A DNA stretch of 64,000 bases, taken from the NCBI GenBank assembly GCA_051313645.2, contig JBNRSN020000003.1, positions 431,706,001 through 431,770,000 of the forward strand, in the 5' to 3' direction. Of the stretch, positions 1-11,507 are shown one piece after another. A program made the translations under genes and the position numbers. The notes under the pieces are model-generated. The model was not told the origin of the DNA. It did not search any database and worked only from the letters and a program-made list of their open reading frames with translations. Position 1 is the first letter of the stretch. Each line of letters begins with the position of its first letter. This DNA is from Centroscyllium fabricii. Taxonomy: Eukaryota.

Positions 1-148
1 AGTTGAACAGTCTGGGACTTGAAGCTATGGACATTTTAACATCTGCATCGTTTCTTGGGTAGTTTGCAAGAATGCATTTCGTTGTATTGTGTTTGCTCAC
101 TATGCAATGACAATGACAATAAATTGAATCTTATCTTATCTTATCTTA
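1..148 (+). repeat. Retroposon 3' tail with a (TCTTA)n end, probably Rex1-type
   Basis: similar sequence in reverse orientation at about 7505-7610; tgcaatgacaataaa motif is shared with the Rex1 tails. Confidence 0.5.
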
Positions 149-269
149 GTGGATTCAGTAGTCGGATACTTGAGCCAGGCAGATGTAGATCTGCATAGAA
201 ATTTCAACACGGAAACAGGCCGTGCCTGTGTTTATCTTGTGTTGGTGTTTACCCTCCACATAAAGTGTA

Positions 270-610
270 GTCCTAATCCCATGTGCCCATCTCTTCTCAT
301 ATCTCTTCCTTCTCCTTTCCTTCAGCCATCTATCTAATTTATTCTTAATTGTTGGCATGGTCTCTGCTTCAATCACTAGCTCTGCTAGCGCAATCCACAG
401 CCTCGCAACCCTCCGTGTAAAAACAAAAGTTTCTCCCGCGCTATGTCCTGAATCGCTTGCATTTAATCTTAACAGCCCCTCAACCACTGGAAATGTTTTC
501 TTTCTATTTTCTATGTCCCATCCCTTCATAATTTTAAACACCAATCACCCCTTAATCTCTGTTCTAAAGAAAATGGCCTCAATTTGTGTCTCGTACTCCA
601 AGCTGCTGTT
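270..610 (-). mobile_element. Old CR1 3' fragment
   Basis: KIMKGWD...FTRRVARLWIAL...KNKLDRWL. Confidence 0.58.
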
Positions 611-782
611 GAATCCAATGGGCCTGGCTAATTAATGGGGCCCGACAGATAGAACTGTAACTGGGGGCCTGGAATTTTGCCCATTCCCACAAACCAGAGC
701 TCTGACAGGTAGGGTAGCTCTAACTGGACACTTTTACCAGTAGTCTGTGATGGTAAGATGTGTGGTCTTAGCTGGTTAACCT

Positions 783-873
783 TGATGTGGAGGTGCCGGT
801 GTTGGACTGGGGTGGACAAATGTAAGAAGTGTCACATAACACCAGGTTATAATCCGACAGCTTTATTTGAAAT
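783..873 (-). mobile_element. Penelope-like family 1 pLTR fragment
   Basis: tgatgtggaggtgccggtgttggactgggg..., same as the tail of the other family 1 copies. Confidence 0.7.
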
Positions 874-1414
874 CTTGGCACCACTTCTGCCAACTTGATG
901 AGGTGAGGGGAGCGAATAGAGTCCCTGAGGCTTGTCTTTTGCCAGACGTAGCTCTTTGGACCTAAGTAAGTGTGATGGATCCCCACAGGTAGAGAGTGTG
1001 CACTCGCTCCATAATCAGGCAACCAGAACTTCGAACTGTGTAGATTTCTCAGTCGTTTGGCTTTGAGACTCTTGCGCACGTTTTTGCACCTGTCAGGCAC
1101 CCACCTGACCAAAACAAATGGAAACTGGATTAATAGAAAAATGTACCAGAAAGACAGCACTGGAAAAGGTCTAAAAATAGTCAAAAGTGTAAGTACCCTT
1201 AGAAATGCAACAAAGAAAATTTATAATGAGCACACAAGAAACAACATCCAGATAGATTAAACATAGGAAGTACCCTGCACAAGAAAGTAAATATACAAAA
1301 TGAGAGAGAAAGGTTGAAATAGAAAAACCACACACAATTAATAATGCATTATACAGGATTTAAATAGAATGAATGCACAAGTAGGCATTGGCAGCTTCAC
1401 AAGACTGAACATTT

Positions 1415-1895
1415 TTAAAATTCATTTATGGGATGTGGGCATTGCTGGCAAGGCCAGCATTTATTGCCCATTCCTAATTGCCCTTGAGACGGTGGTGGTG
1501 AACTGCCGCCTTGAACCGCTGCAGTCCCTGTCGTGAAGGTACTCCCACGGTGCTGTTGGGGCTTTTGACCCAGCGACGATGAAGTAATGGCGATATAGTT
1601 CCAAATCAGGGTGGTGTGTGACTTGGAAGTGGTGCTGTTGCCATGCGCCTACTGCCCTTGTCAGGTAGAGGTTGCGGGTTTGGGAGGTGCTGTCGGAGAA
1701 GCCTTGGCGAGTTGCTGCAGTGCATCTTGTGGATGGTGCACACTGCAGCCACGGTCCGCCGGTGGTGGAGGGAGTGACAGTTTAAGGTGGTGGTTGGGGT
1801 GATTATCAAGCGGGCTGCTTTGTCTTGAATGGTGTCGAGCTTCTTCAGTGTTGTTGGAGCTTCACTCATCCAGGCAAGTGGAGAGTATTCCATCA
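1415..1895 (-). mobile_element. L2/CR1-group LINE 3' end (second LINE family)
   Basis: MEYSPLAWMSEAPTTLKKLDTIQDKAARLI...LHHRRTVAA. Confidence 0.78.
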
Positions 1896-2019
1896 GTATA
1901 ACCCTTAAATTTGGAATTCACTTGTGTATTTTACATTCTTTTGGTCTTACCAGACCACACATACCCTGAGGAGGAGAACAGGTGACCTGTTGCTAGTTAC
2001 TGTGGTGATTTGGTGGTTT

Positions 2020-2660
2020 TAAAAATACATAGGAGCATGGGAATTGCTAGACAAAAAAAGACAGCGGCCCATCTAGTTTGCCTTCTACCATCCTGGTGGT
2101 CTAGTTGTTGGCTAATCATAGCAATCGGTCTCCATCAATTAGTCTACAACAGACCCAGACATGAGGTGAGGAAAACCCCAGTGGTGGAGAGCTTTGGGAA
2201 CCACAGGTCCAGTCAACTGTTGCAGCCACGCATCTACACTTACATTGGCCAGGTCTCAAATTACTCATCTACGGTATCCCAAAATATTATTTCCTGAAGA
2301 AAATCTATCCAATTTACATTGAATGAATCGTTACTATCTGCTTCCACCGTCTCCCTCGAGAGCCTGTTCCTGTTCGCATGCTGAAATAATGTTTCTGCAG
2401 ATTATTTTTGAATTTACTCCCCTTCAAGCACAGGCTGTGTCCTCTGTTTCTACTGTTCTGGAGAAGGTGAAACAGCTTGTCGTGGTCTACATTATCTAAT
2501 CCCCTTAGAATCCCAAGAGCAGCAATCATACACATCTCGACCAGCTCTCTTTCCAGTGAGAACATGTCCAATTTACATAATTGCTCCTCAAAATCCAATC
2601 CCTCCATCCTTGCAGTCATTCTGGTTGCTGTCTTCTGTATCCTTTCACGAGCTGCAATAT
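2020..2660 (-). mobile_element. Old CR1 3' fragment
   Basis: LDMFSLER...RNRGHSLCLKG. Confidence 0.62.
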
Positions 2661-3154
2661 CCTATTTTTGTAACCAATGCTTAGTTATTTGGATTTGAAT
2701 TGTAACACTGAAAAATGTTATCTGCTACTTTGCACACCGTTTCTCCTTTTGATAAAAGCATGAAGCCCTGAATCATTCATAAAGAATGGGTGTTTGCAGG
2801 GAGACAAAATAGATGATGCTACTCCTGACTTTTTAAACTCCCATGTAAACTTTAGACGGCATTATCTTCATATCAGAAGTGCTAGCACACTTACAATGTT
2901 AAACATTTTTAGTACTATTCTGATTATTGTAACATTGTTCTATTTTCTACTATCTTTTGCTGCGACATAATTAATATTCCTTTCAAAATTAAGTCTACCC
3001 TACAATGAAATAAGTCCCCCCCCCCCCCATCCAAAGCGCCATAAATTAAAGGATGGCCAAGGGGTATGAAAACCTTCAGCACTTGGCAACTGGTTGCTGC
3101 AGGTATGTGACTGTGGCATTGTTTGAGAAACTAACTTTCAGTATTTATTTTCAG

Positions 3155-3252
3155 GGTCTGGCTGAGTACTGTACTCTCATTGATAGCTCCTCTTCGTTTA
3201 GAGCATATCGAGCAGCTTTGGCAGAGGTGGAACCGCCCTGTATACCGTATCT
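3155..3252 (+). CDS. RAPGEF1: RAPGEF1 (C3G) RasGEF/CDC25 domain, third-last coding exon
   Basis: ttttcag|GGT...CT|gtgag; translates GLAEYCTLIDSSSSFRAYRAALAEVEPPCIPYL; 98 nt, phase-2 end fits the next exon. Confidence 0.96.
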
Positions 3253-3934
3253 GTGAGTATTAGAATGGCTTGTGTTCGGAAGGAGAAATGCAGTCTTAAA
3301 ATAAAAACTAATTCGATGTTGCTCACGGTGAGTCGAGATTTGCTGGTTCAGTAGTTAGTATATAGCAACTGCAAGTCTTGGGCACACTCACTGCTCATCT
3401 CTGGAAAACCTACCAACAGAAACAGCTGATCTGCCATTCAGGAAAAATATAATTAAAGAGACAGGGCGCACTGGCCAAAATATTACCTTTAGTACTTCAA
3501 TCATGCAGCTGGTGCTGTTAGGTGTAATGACTCCTTTTTTGATTTTGTGGGCATGTGACCGATAATACAACATGGTTAGCACTGGCCAATCAGAAGCCCC
3601 ATTGATTCAATCGATCTTAGATACATTTATATCTAATCTTGCATATAGTGCGCACTTCCTGTACTGCAGGAAGTCGCACTTACTTCTCTTTCTCTCACTA
3701 ATTGCCATCCTTTAAACATACTTATATTATACTTAACTCAGTCTTCCTAATTACGTATCCAAGGCAGGGAGTGGATGTCTCCACAGCGGCATTCGCCCGA
3801 GAGCAGCTAACAACAGGCCATTGATCGATGTTTCCTACTGTGTCTGCTCACATCTCGTGCTGCCCTGACCTCCCCACAAACCTCCAAAGTGGCCTTTGCC
3901 TTCTCCCTCCACCCGGCTCCTCTTCGAATTACGT

Positions 3935-4487
3935 CGTGGGATCTTCTGTGTCCATCTGAGAAGGAAGATGGGGGCCTCGGTTTAACCTCTCATCCGAAAG
4001 ATGGTGCCTGCAACAGTGCTGCACTGAAGAAGTGACAATTTGGATTATGTGTTCAAGTTTACTTTATTTGTCACATACTTCATTATACATGTACAAAGTG
4101 CAGTGAAATGCTTAGTCGCAAGCTCCATGTCTGTGCTCTCCGGATAACAATAAATACAAATAATAAATTAACAATTATAAGAAGAAAAGGCATTAAATCG
4201 TCAGTATGCCGACCCTTGGCAGCGTCTTCATTTAGGATCCGGATGGCTTGGGGGTAAAAGCTCCTCCTAAGCCTCTCTGTGTTTGTCTTAATGCTGCGGT
4301 AGCGTTTTCCTGACCGCAGCAGTGAGAAGAGGCCGTTGTTCGGGTGACTAGGATCCTTAATGACCTTCTTAGCCTTAGTCATGCACTGCCTGGTGTAGAT
4401 ATCCTGCAGGTCAAGTCTCTGGAGTGGGACTTGAACCCCTGACCTTCCGACTCGGGCGAGAGTGCAACCACTGAGTCTAAGGCTATC
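3935..4487 (-). mobile_element. DeuSINE fragment split by Rex1
   Basis: ggggcctcggtttaac... and gtgggacttgaaccc...ccactgagtc. Confidence 0.68.
4059..4410 (-). mobile_element. Rex1/Babar 3' fragment inserted in a DeuSINE
   Basis: IKDPSHPNNGLFSLLRSGKRYRS...SFYPQAIRIL; TCAAGT duplication at the ends. Confidence 0.8.
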
Positions 4488-5308
4488 ACCTTGTAAAATA
4501 ATACATTGTGCATTGAATGATACAACACACCTGTCATTATAGAACAGCATATCATCTGACATATAACCAACATCATGGGATATCCATATTAAAATTATTT
4601 TATTTTGCACTGTCAACTTTTTTCATTATACATTTCTATGTCCCCATTTATAATGGAAACTGTATAATTAGTGTTTCAAGATTACATACAGTTTTTGTTA
4701 TAAATATGGACATAGGAATTTATACTGGAAATATGAGTTCAAAATGTATGACTGAAATGGGGTCTGAATTAAGTCTGCATGTCCTCGTCAAACAGTTATC
4801 CTCTGACCTCTAACCCCGCTTCACCTGGAGACTGAACTTGACCTCGACTCCCTGTGTGCACCGTCACTGGAGATCAACAGGTCCTTGTTTTTGTTTCTGT
4901 ATCTACAAATATGCATCTAAGAATAATTAACTCACTGGGTTTCTATTAGCTTTCTGTTTGGGTCAGTGCTAACTATTGGTCATTTGCTTAGCAGCAACCA
5001 TTTTATCTCCGTGACCACTAAGAGGGGATTCAAATTGCAGCTTGCCGCAAGGTAACTCTTGTTAGTGTGAATAGAAAGTAGTAACCCCTACTAACTTGGG
5101 GTTGATTAACTTGATGAAAAAATGTATTATCCAAGTTTATGTGCTGCAGACTTGGCAAAACATGGAATGGCACCAAAGTCATCTGCAAGCATATTGTAAA
5201 CTGGACTGGGAATTTATTTCATGTTCTGTTTCTTAGCCTGAAGTCACACTCCACGTGCAGATAGCTTGCAGAAAACATCTGATCTTTACCCCTCTTTTAT
5301 TTCTCTAG

Positions 5309-5437
5309 TGGCCTCATTCTACAGGACTTGACCTTTGTGCACCTTGGCAACCCAGATCTAATTGATGGAAAAATCAACTTTTCTAAACGATGGCAGCAGT
5401 TTAATATCTTGGACAGTATGCGACGTTTCCAGCAAAT
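5309..5437 (+). CDS. RAPGEF1: RAPGEF1 penultimate coding exon
   Basis: ctctag|T GGC...AT|gtaagt; GLILQDLTFVHLGNPDLIDGKINFSKRWQQFNILDSMRRFQQ. Confidence 0.96.
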
Positions 5438-5649
5438 GTAAGTATTCACAAGCCCGAAGACTGCTGAATTTCCACAAAAACATAATTCACTCTGAAGAGA
5501 TAGATGGGTATGAAGCAAACTGGTGATCATGGATCCACGCTAAGCTGCATGATCATTGCTAGTTTAGATCCACTGTTGCCAAGGTAGTATAATGCAATTT
5601 TTAGAATTTTACTTTTTAAAAAGGAACTAGTTGAATTTTTTTTTAAGTA

Positions 5650-5946
5650 CAGGTTGAGCACCGTTAATCCGGCACCCTCGGGACCAGGCCGGTGCCGGAC
5701 CACTGAAAATTCCGAACCACTAAAGGTTCGAGGGGAGTGTGCGGTAGAACACTCCCCGGGAGGGAGTCCGGGGATAGAACACTTACAAAACCGAAAAAAA
5801 ACAGAAACCCAAACGCCCGACGCCTTCGGTGCTCGCTCACCCTTCGCGGGAAACGGTGGCGCCGCCGAGTGGCTGCTCCGCAAAATGAAGAGCACCGGTT
5901 TCCAATCGTGCCGGACCATCGGGTGCCGGATTAGGTGCTCAGCCTG
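5650..5946. mobile_element. Tigger/pogo-like MITE
   Basis: TA TSD; TIRs CAGGTTGAGCACCGTTAATCCGGCAC / GTGCCGGATTAGGTGCTCAGCCTG; same payload as the 52991 copy, in the opposite orientation. Confidence 0.85.
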
Positions 5947-6292
5947 TACTGGGATTCCCAGGAGGCCAAGAAAATTGCCTTCTCCAAGTGCTTCATCAAG
6001 CTGAACTTTGAGCTGGTTGCTGGGAGGTGCATAGCAGGCTGGAGTGACTTCCCTTCCCTTCCTAAGGGAAAGATGGTTTAGTTTCATTCCATAATCTCCC
6101 TGACCGCATAGCTAAGATAAATATCTCGACATGTGTAGCATTGCATGTGTGACTTCTCTTTGTAGGGTGCCTTCAGAAAGGCACTAGTCTTTACGTCCGA
6201 GTCTTTCCTTTCCCCCTCTCTGCCACCCCACCCCCCCCATGCGTAACGCAATTAAGATTTTGACAATGAAAATAGCTTTCTTCTCTTTTCAG

Positions 6293-6443
6293 TCATTATG
6301 AACTAAAACGCATCGACGACATTGTTACGTTCTTCAATGATTTCGGCGACCACCTTGCAGAGGAAGCGCTGTGGGAACTGTCATTAAAAATCAAACCGCG
6401 CAACATTCAGCGACGGAAAACAGAGCGCGATGAGAAAACCTAG
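6293..6443 (+). CDS. RAPGEF1: RAPGEF1 last coding exon to TAG stop
   Basis: cttttcag|T CAT...; HYELKRIDDIVTFFNDFGDHLAEEALWELSLKIKPRNIQRRKTERDEKT*, matches the C3G C-terminus. Confidence 0.96.
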
Positions 6444-7504
6444 GATTCAACCGTGAAGGCTAAACCTTAGATGGCAGCTAATGAACCCCATTAAGTGACT
6501 TCCTTTACTTAACTGAGCTGCAGAAGCCAGTTCATGCCAAGGTGCTTCACCTTCGGAGCTTTGTTTTTAAACAAGGGCGCAGAACAGGTGGCACCACTCT
6601 AGGGAAACGTTTAAGTTTTATGCCATTGCCTGCATTCAATTTCCTTTCCTACCATCCGTGCCAAGCTGTTTTAAGTGTCCTCTGTTGGGCCCATTCATAC
6701 AGCTCACTTTAACTAGTGGACCTGATGTGGTCTGCATATAGACTCTGCTTTGGAGACTGTTTTGACATTGTTAGGTACAAAGGTACGACAGTTCACTCGC
6801 TGATTGTGAACTTCTGTTTATAGAATAACAAATAGCGGTACTAGCAATTGCACAGGAAACCTTAAAATATAATTATGTACTGTAGGAGAAAGACTGGCTC
6901 ATTGTAAATACTAGATTGCTAGTTTGATGTGCTGTATTGGATTTTTTTTGCATGAGTATGACTGAATGCCAGTAATTGAGGATTTGTTATGAAAAACAAA
7001 TGAATTGTACATAAGAGACAGAGAGAAGTGTTTTAGCCAGGCTGGTACTGAAAGGGCTGGGATGGCTCCTAACAATTGTTCGATGTCATCAATTGGCAGA
7101 CTCACAAAAGGCGCAACACAAGCGTTTGTACATTTTGTGCATGGACTCTGCATTATGGAGTTTGAAAATGTTAAGTGGAGTTTTTTTAAGGGCTGTCTCT
7201 TTTTTTGTTGACTGGGAGTTGAGCTGCAGTTGAGCATTTTCAATAACGGGGGAAAGTTCTGTAGTTGAGACTGGAGGTTTCTGTACATAGCCAGTCTACA
7301 AATTAACTCTTCAAAGCAGTAGGGTTGTCTGCTGAGTTTGACTGTTAACCGTTCAAGTAGTCAGTGAATTCACCTCTATTTGCAAGGTCATCTTCATATT
7401 AACTCGTGGAAAATAGATGCTGCTGGGTAGAGTGCAATCCTTGCTGCTTTAGGTTGTTAGGCACACATCCAGGTTATTAATGTTGTCTAGGTTGTCACAT
7501 CTAT

Positions 7505-7690
7505 CAGATTCAGATTCAATTTATTTGTCATTGCATAGCGAACAAACACCATACAACGAAATGCAGTTCTTGCCAAACCCCCAAGAACAACGCAGATGTC
7601 AAAATGTCCTCGTCTGTTCCATTCCATGACAGTCCCGGTGCTCCAACCATGCAGGCCCCGGCACTACGAACATCTAGAAAGGGAACCTGA
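7505..7690 (-). repeat. Retroposon 3' fragment related to 1-148
   Basis: tttatttgtcattgcatagcgaacaaacaccatacaacgaaatgca matches the reverse complement of 60-125. Confidence 0.5.
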
Positions 7691-8746
7691 TGCCATGTTT
7701 GATTAGTTGACAACAATCATTTGTTGAACCTGAAAAGAAATGTTTCCTTCCTGTATTTAGGGAATAAAAAGTAACCCGCAATAATGATGCAGCACATGTG
7801 AGTCCAGGTAAGGAAGTACATACCCGTGCACATATTATAAAACCCCAAAATGCAGAAATCCATGTTGGTTGTTTTCAATGTCACCATGCTGACTCTTAAA
7901 TTATTGTATAGGTTTAAGCAATCGGCATTATTAGTTTTAACCCTTTCACCAGCACAGACTTGGAATAATGCTGAAACACAATATAGTTGATAAATATATG
8001 TGGATGTTCTGAAATATATTGTCAAACATAATATTCTTGGTTTTCCTAGCAGGAGGTGTTTTAACTGGGCCTCAGCACCATTTTCACTGCAGTCCCTGTT
8101 CTCTAGCAGATGGTTTAGTTTGCAAGATGGAGCAAGCCATGCGTATATTTGATAAATGAGTAAAATGTGTGTTGTATAAACACACAAACCCGTTTTAAAA
8201 TATCTGGTCCCTAAATGGCACCAAATTTATTTTGATTATTACCACTATTGTCTCGCTTGTTTGAGAAATTTCAAATTTAGCATAGTGAGTGCAATTAATT
8301 TCATAGAGTTTCAGTCAGATAATGAATTATAAAAACTAATATTGAACTTGGTACAGGAAGAACTTTTTTTTTTTTACTTAAGCACTGACCCGGTGAAGGG
8401 GTTAAATCCAGCCTGAGAGCTTGAGATACTTAAAATCTTGGTCTACATTTGCTGTTTGCTCTGCATTAACATTAGACACATGCAGAGCCTGTCCTCACTC
8501 CTAGGAGGATGACACACGCAATAGCAGTTTGGTTGCACCAGCAGACTGTGCCCACTAACCTGTTCAGAATAGGGAAAGCATGTTGTGGAAGGAGATAACG
8601 TTTTTGGTGTTGAAACACATCCAGATCGGTGTGATGACAACTCGTATCACTATTTTCTCTTGCTTTAAAGTGAAAAAGGAGATCACCTTGTATGTGTGTA
8701 AGAAGTCACACAACAACAGGTTATAGTCCAACAGTTTTATTTGAAA

Positions 8747-8783
8747 TCACAAGCTTTCGGAGCGCTGCTCCTTCATCAGGTGA
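8747..8783 (-). ncRNA. Minimal hammerhead ribozyme motif (opposite arm)
   Basis: same structure on the - strand with core CUGAUGA. Confidence 0.72.
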
Positions 8784-8902
8784 AGTGAAGAGATGCATAA
8801 AGGCACAGCCTATATAGTCAGAAAACAATGCTAGATGATTGCAGGTAATTTTTCTAACTGTTTTCTGACTATATATGTGGTGCCTATATGCATCTCTTCA
8901 CT

Positions 8903-8939
8903 TCACCTGACGAAGGAGCAGCGCTCCGAAAGCTTGTGA
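8903..8939 (+). ncRNA. Minimal type I hammerhead ribozyme motif
   Basis: UCAC-CUGACGA-A-GGAGC(AGC)GCUCC-GAAA-GC-UU-GUGA: stems I and II pair, and palindromic AGCU replaces stem III. Confidence 0.72.
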
Positions 8940-10477
8940 TTTCAAATAAAACTGTTGGACTATAATCTGGTGTTGTGTGACTTCTTGCATTTGTCCACCC
9001 CAGTCCAACACCGGCACCTCCACATCACCTTGTATATGAGCTTTACTTCTGAGTGCTGACCCAAAGTGTTTCCTTCCACTCTACCTGCTCACCTGCAACA
9101 GGCTAAACTAAACATAGTAAGCAAGTTTGACCTCGATTTGTATTAATTCTGAATTCAGGGCTTGGTTTCTTTACCAAACGATGGCAAACTAATTGGTTTA
9201 TGTCTGACATTTTTAAAACTAACTGTGGTAGATCAAAAAGAGGTTGGTTATGATAACTGGTGCCGGGATAAAAGCTAACTCCCACAGACGATTGTCAAAT
9301 AAGAGGTGCTTTATCCTCTGGTAATGTTTGTGGAAACAGTTGGTATGAGTGTAAATCAAATTAACTCTTAACATTTGTGAACAGAGCAAAATATGCCCCA
9401 GGTTGTTCAAAGTAGCTGTATTTTGGCCTTGGTCAGTTACAGTTTTAATTTGAGCTAGCAGGGGTAACTTAATATTGTTTTAAAGTTGTTTTGTTTCAGG
9501 CTATCAAAATAAGACATTTGGACAGTTTTATATTTGCAAGTGGATTACAGATGGGACAAAGTTCCATTTCCAGGAAAAGTATTTCACAGTTGCCAGATTA
9601 TTGATGGTGTGTAGCCCATAACTTTAGAAAAACACATTGTGACTGACATAAGATGGGCACGGAATTACATTTTGGGTAAGGTTTCAATTAGATTGCATGT
9701 TTCTTTTACTCGACTCAATAACCTATCTGTGCTGAAACTAATATCTGGACATTTGAAGTCTGAATTCAAACAATTGGCAAGATTTCCAGAAACCAGATTT
9801 GGTTTGCTGATTTAGCTAAATTAATATGAACTATCCAGTGAAGTAGCTTATTGGCTTTGTTTCCTGGCCTGCAGGTTAAATTGATGACATGAAATGGAGA
9901 ATTGGTTTCTGGTATTGAACTTGCTTCTAGGTCCGCAGAGCATCCTTAAGCCTAAAATAAATCCTGTAGAAGTACTGATGCTAGACCAGCAGGAATTGGA
10001 AGTTTAGTGTTTCACTGGACTTTCTATTGAAATTCTCATTGTACAACATGTGTTAGCAGATTGTGTAGTTCTTTTGAGATGTTCATCTGCAACCATGAAA
10101 AGTAGCAGCTGTAGCAAATAGGAGATTTGTGATCAATCCCCAAATATTTGGTTATCAGAAATTGTACTTTGGAGGCCAGTGTGAAGTTAGAATGAGAGAA
10201 CATTGCATCAGATAATGTCAATCTGGCTTGTACCATATTTTTAACCACCACCTAGGCAATTTCGGGCTCAATTTTCCCATCTCCAAACCAGTCTGTCTTG
10301 TGCTGCTTCTCATCAGTTCTTCACGTGATCTCCCATTTTTTCAGGTGGTTCAGAACCATCCTTCATTTACTCCCTCTTGGTCTTTTTACTTTCATCTTCC
10401 ATTGTCACTCATATTTTTTCATCAGTTCTTTTTTCAGTTGTCTAATCAATATCCTCTTCCTTCCATTAAGTTGGGGG

Positions 10478-11507
10478 GTTGGTAAATAGTGAGGAGGAAA
10501 TCCGCAAGATGCAGGACGACATAGATGAGTTGGTCAGATGGGCGGAACAGTGGCAAATGGAATTTAGTTTTTCGCCTCTCCCGGGTGATCACATGGGTTT
10601 GGGCGGGATGGAGAGTAAAAATAAAATTGAGGTTAGGATCAGATCAGCCATGATCTTGTTAAATGGCGGAGCAGGCTCGAGGGGCCGATTGGCCTACTCC
10701 TGCTCGTATTTCTTATGTTCTTAATCCTGAAAAGTGTGAGGTGATGCATTTCGGTAGGTCTAACATGGCAAGGGAATACACCATGAATGGTAGGACGCTA
10801 GGGAAGACAGAGGATCAGAGGGACCTTGGTGTGCAGGTACATAGGTCCCTGAAGGCAGCAGGACAGGTGGATAAGGTGGTTAAAAAGGCATATGGGATAC
10901 TTGCCTTCATTAGCTGAGGCATAGAATATAAGAGCAGGGAGGTTATGATGGAGCTGTACAAAACGCTGGTAAGGCCACAGCTGGAGTACTGTGTGCAGTT
11001 CTGGTCGCCACACTACAGGAAGGATGTAATAGCTTTGGAGAGGGTGCAGAGGAGATTCACCAGGATGCTGCCTGGGCTGGGGAGCTTCAGCTATGAGGAG
11101 AGGCTGGGGTTGTTTTCCTTGGAGCTGAGGGGGGACCTGATTGAGGTGTACAAAATTATGAGGGGAATAGATAGGGTGGATGGAGTGGAACTTTTTCCCT
11201 TGGTTGAGGGGTCAATAACTAGGGGGCATAATTTCAGGGTAAGGGGCAGGAGGTATCGTGGGGATGTGAGGAAGAACTTTTTCACCCAGAGGGTGGTTGG
11301 AGTCTGGAACTCGCTGCCTGAAAGGGTGGTAGAGGCAGGAACCCTCACAACATTCAAGAAGCATTTGGATGAGCACTTGAAATGACACAGCATACAGGGC
11401 TACGGACCAAATGCGGGAAAATGGGAGTAGTATAGACTGGGATTGATGGGCAGCACGGACGTGATGGGCCGAAGGGCCTCTTTCTGTGCTGTATGACTCT
11501 GACTCTG
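10478..11507 (+). mobile_element. CR1 LINE 3' fragment, interrupted at 10566-10722
   Basis: WQMEF|NPEKCEVMHFG...RPQLEYCVQFWSP; tail tgactctgactct. Confidence 0.88.
10566..10722 (+). mobile_element. Short retroposon with a CR1 3' tail
   Basis: ttttcgcctctcccgggtgatcacatggg... plus CR1 tail; nearly identical to the 24073 copy. Confidence 0.7.

Larger units (their letters stand above)
8697..9027. mobile_element. Penelope-like foldback element (family 1) with inverted pLTRs and a 38-nt extension
   Basis: about 130-bp inverted arms; 11-bp TSD CCTTGTAT(G/A)TG; hammerhead core in each arm. Confidence 0.82.

Noticed and set aside
5820-5910. Payload A as a coding capture (GNGGAAE(W/R)LL(R/C)K(M/L)K)
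   Set aside because: No recognisable protein and no splice sites; it needs a database search.
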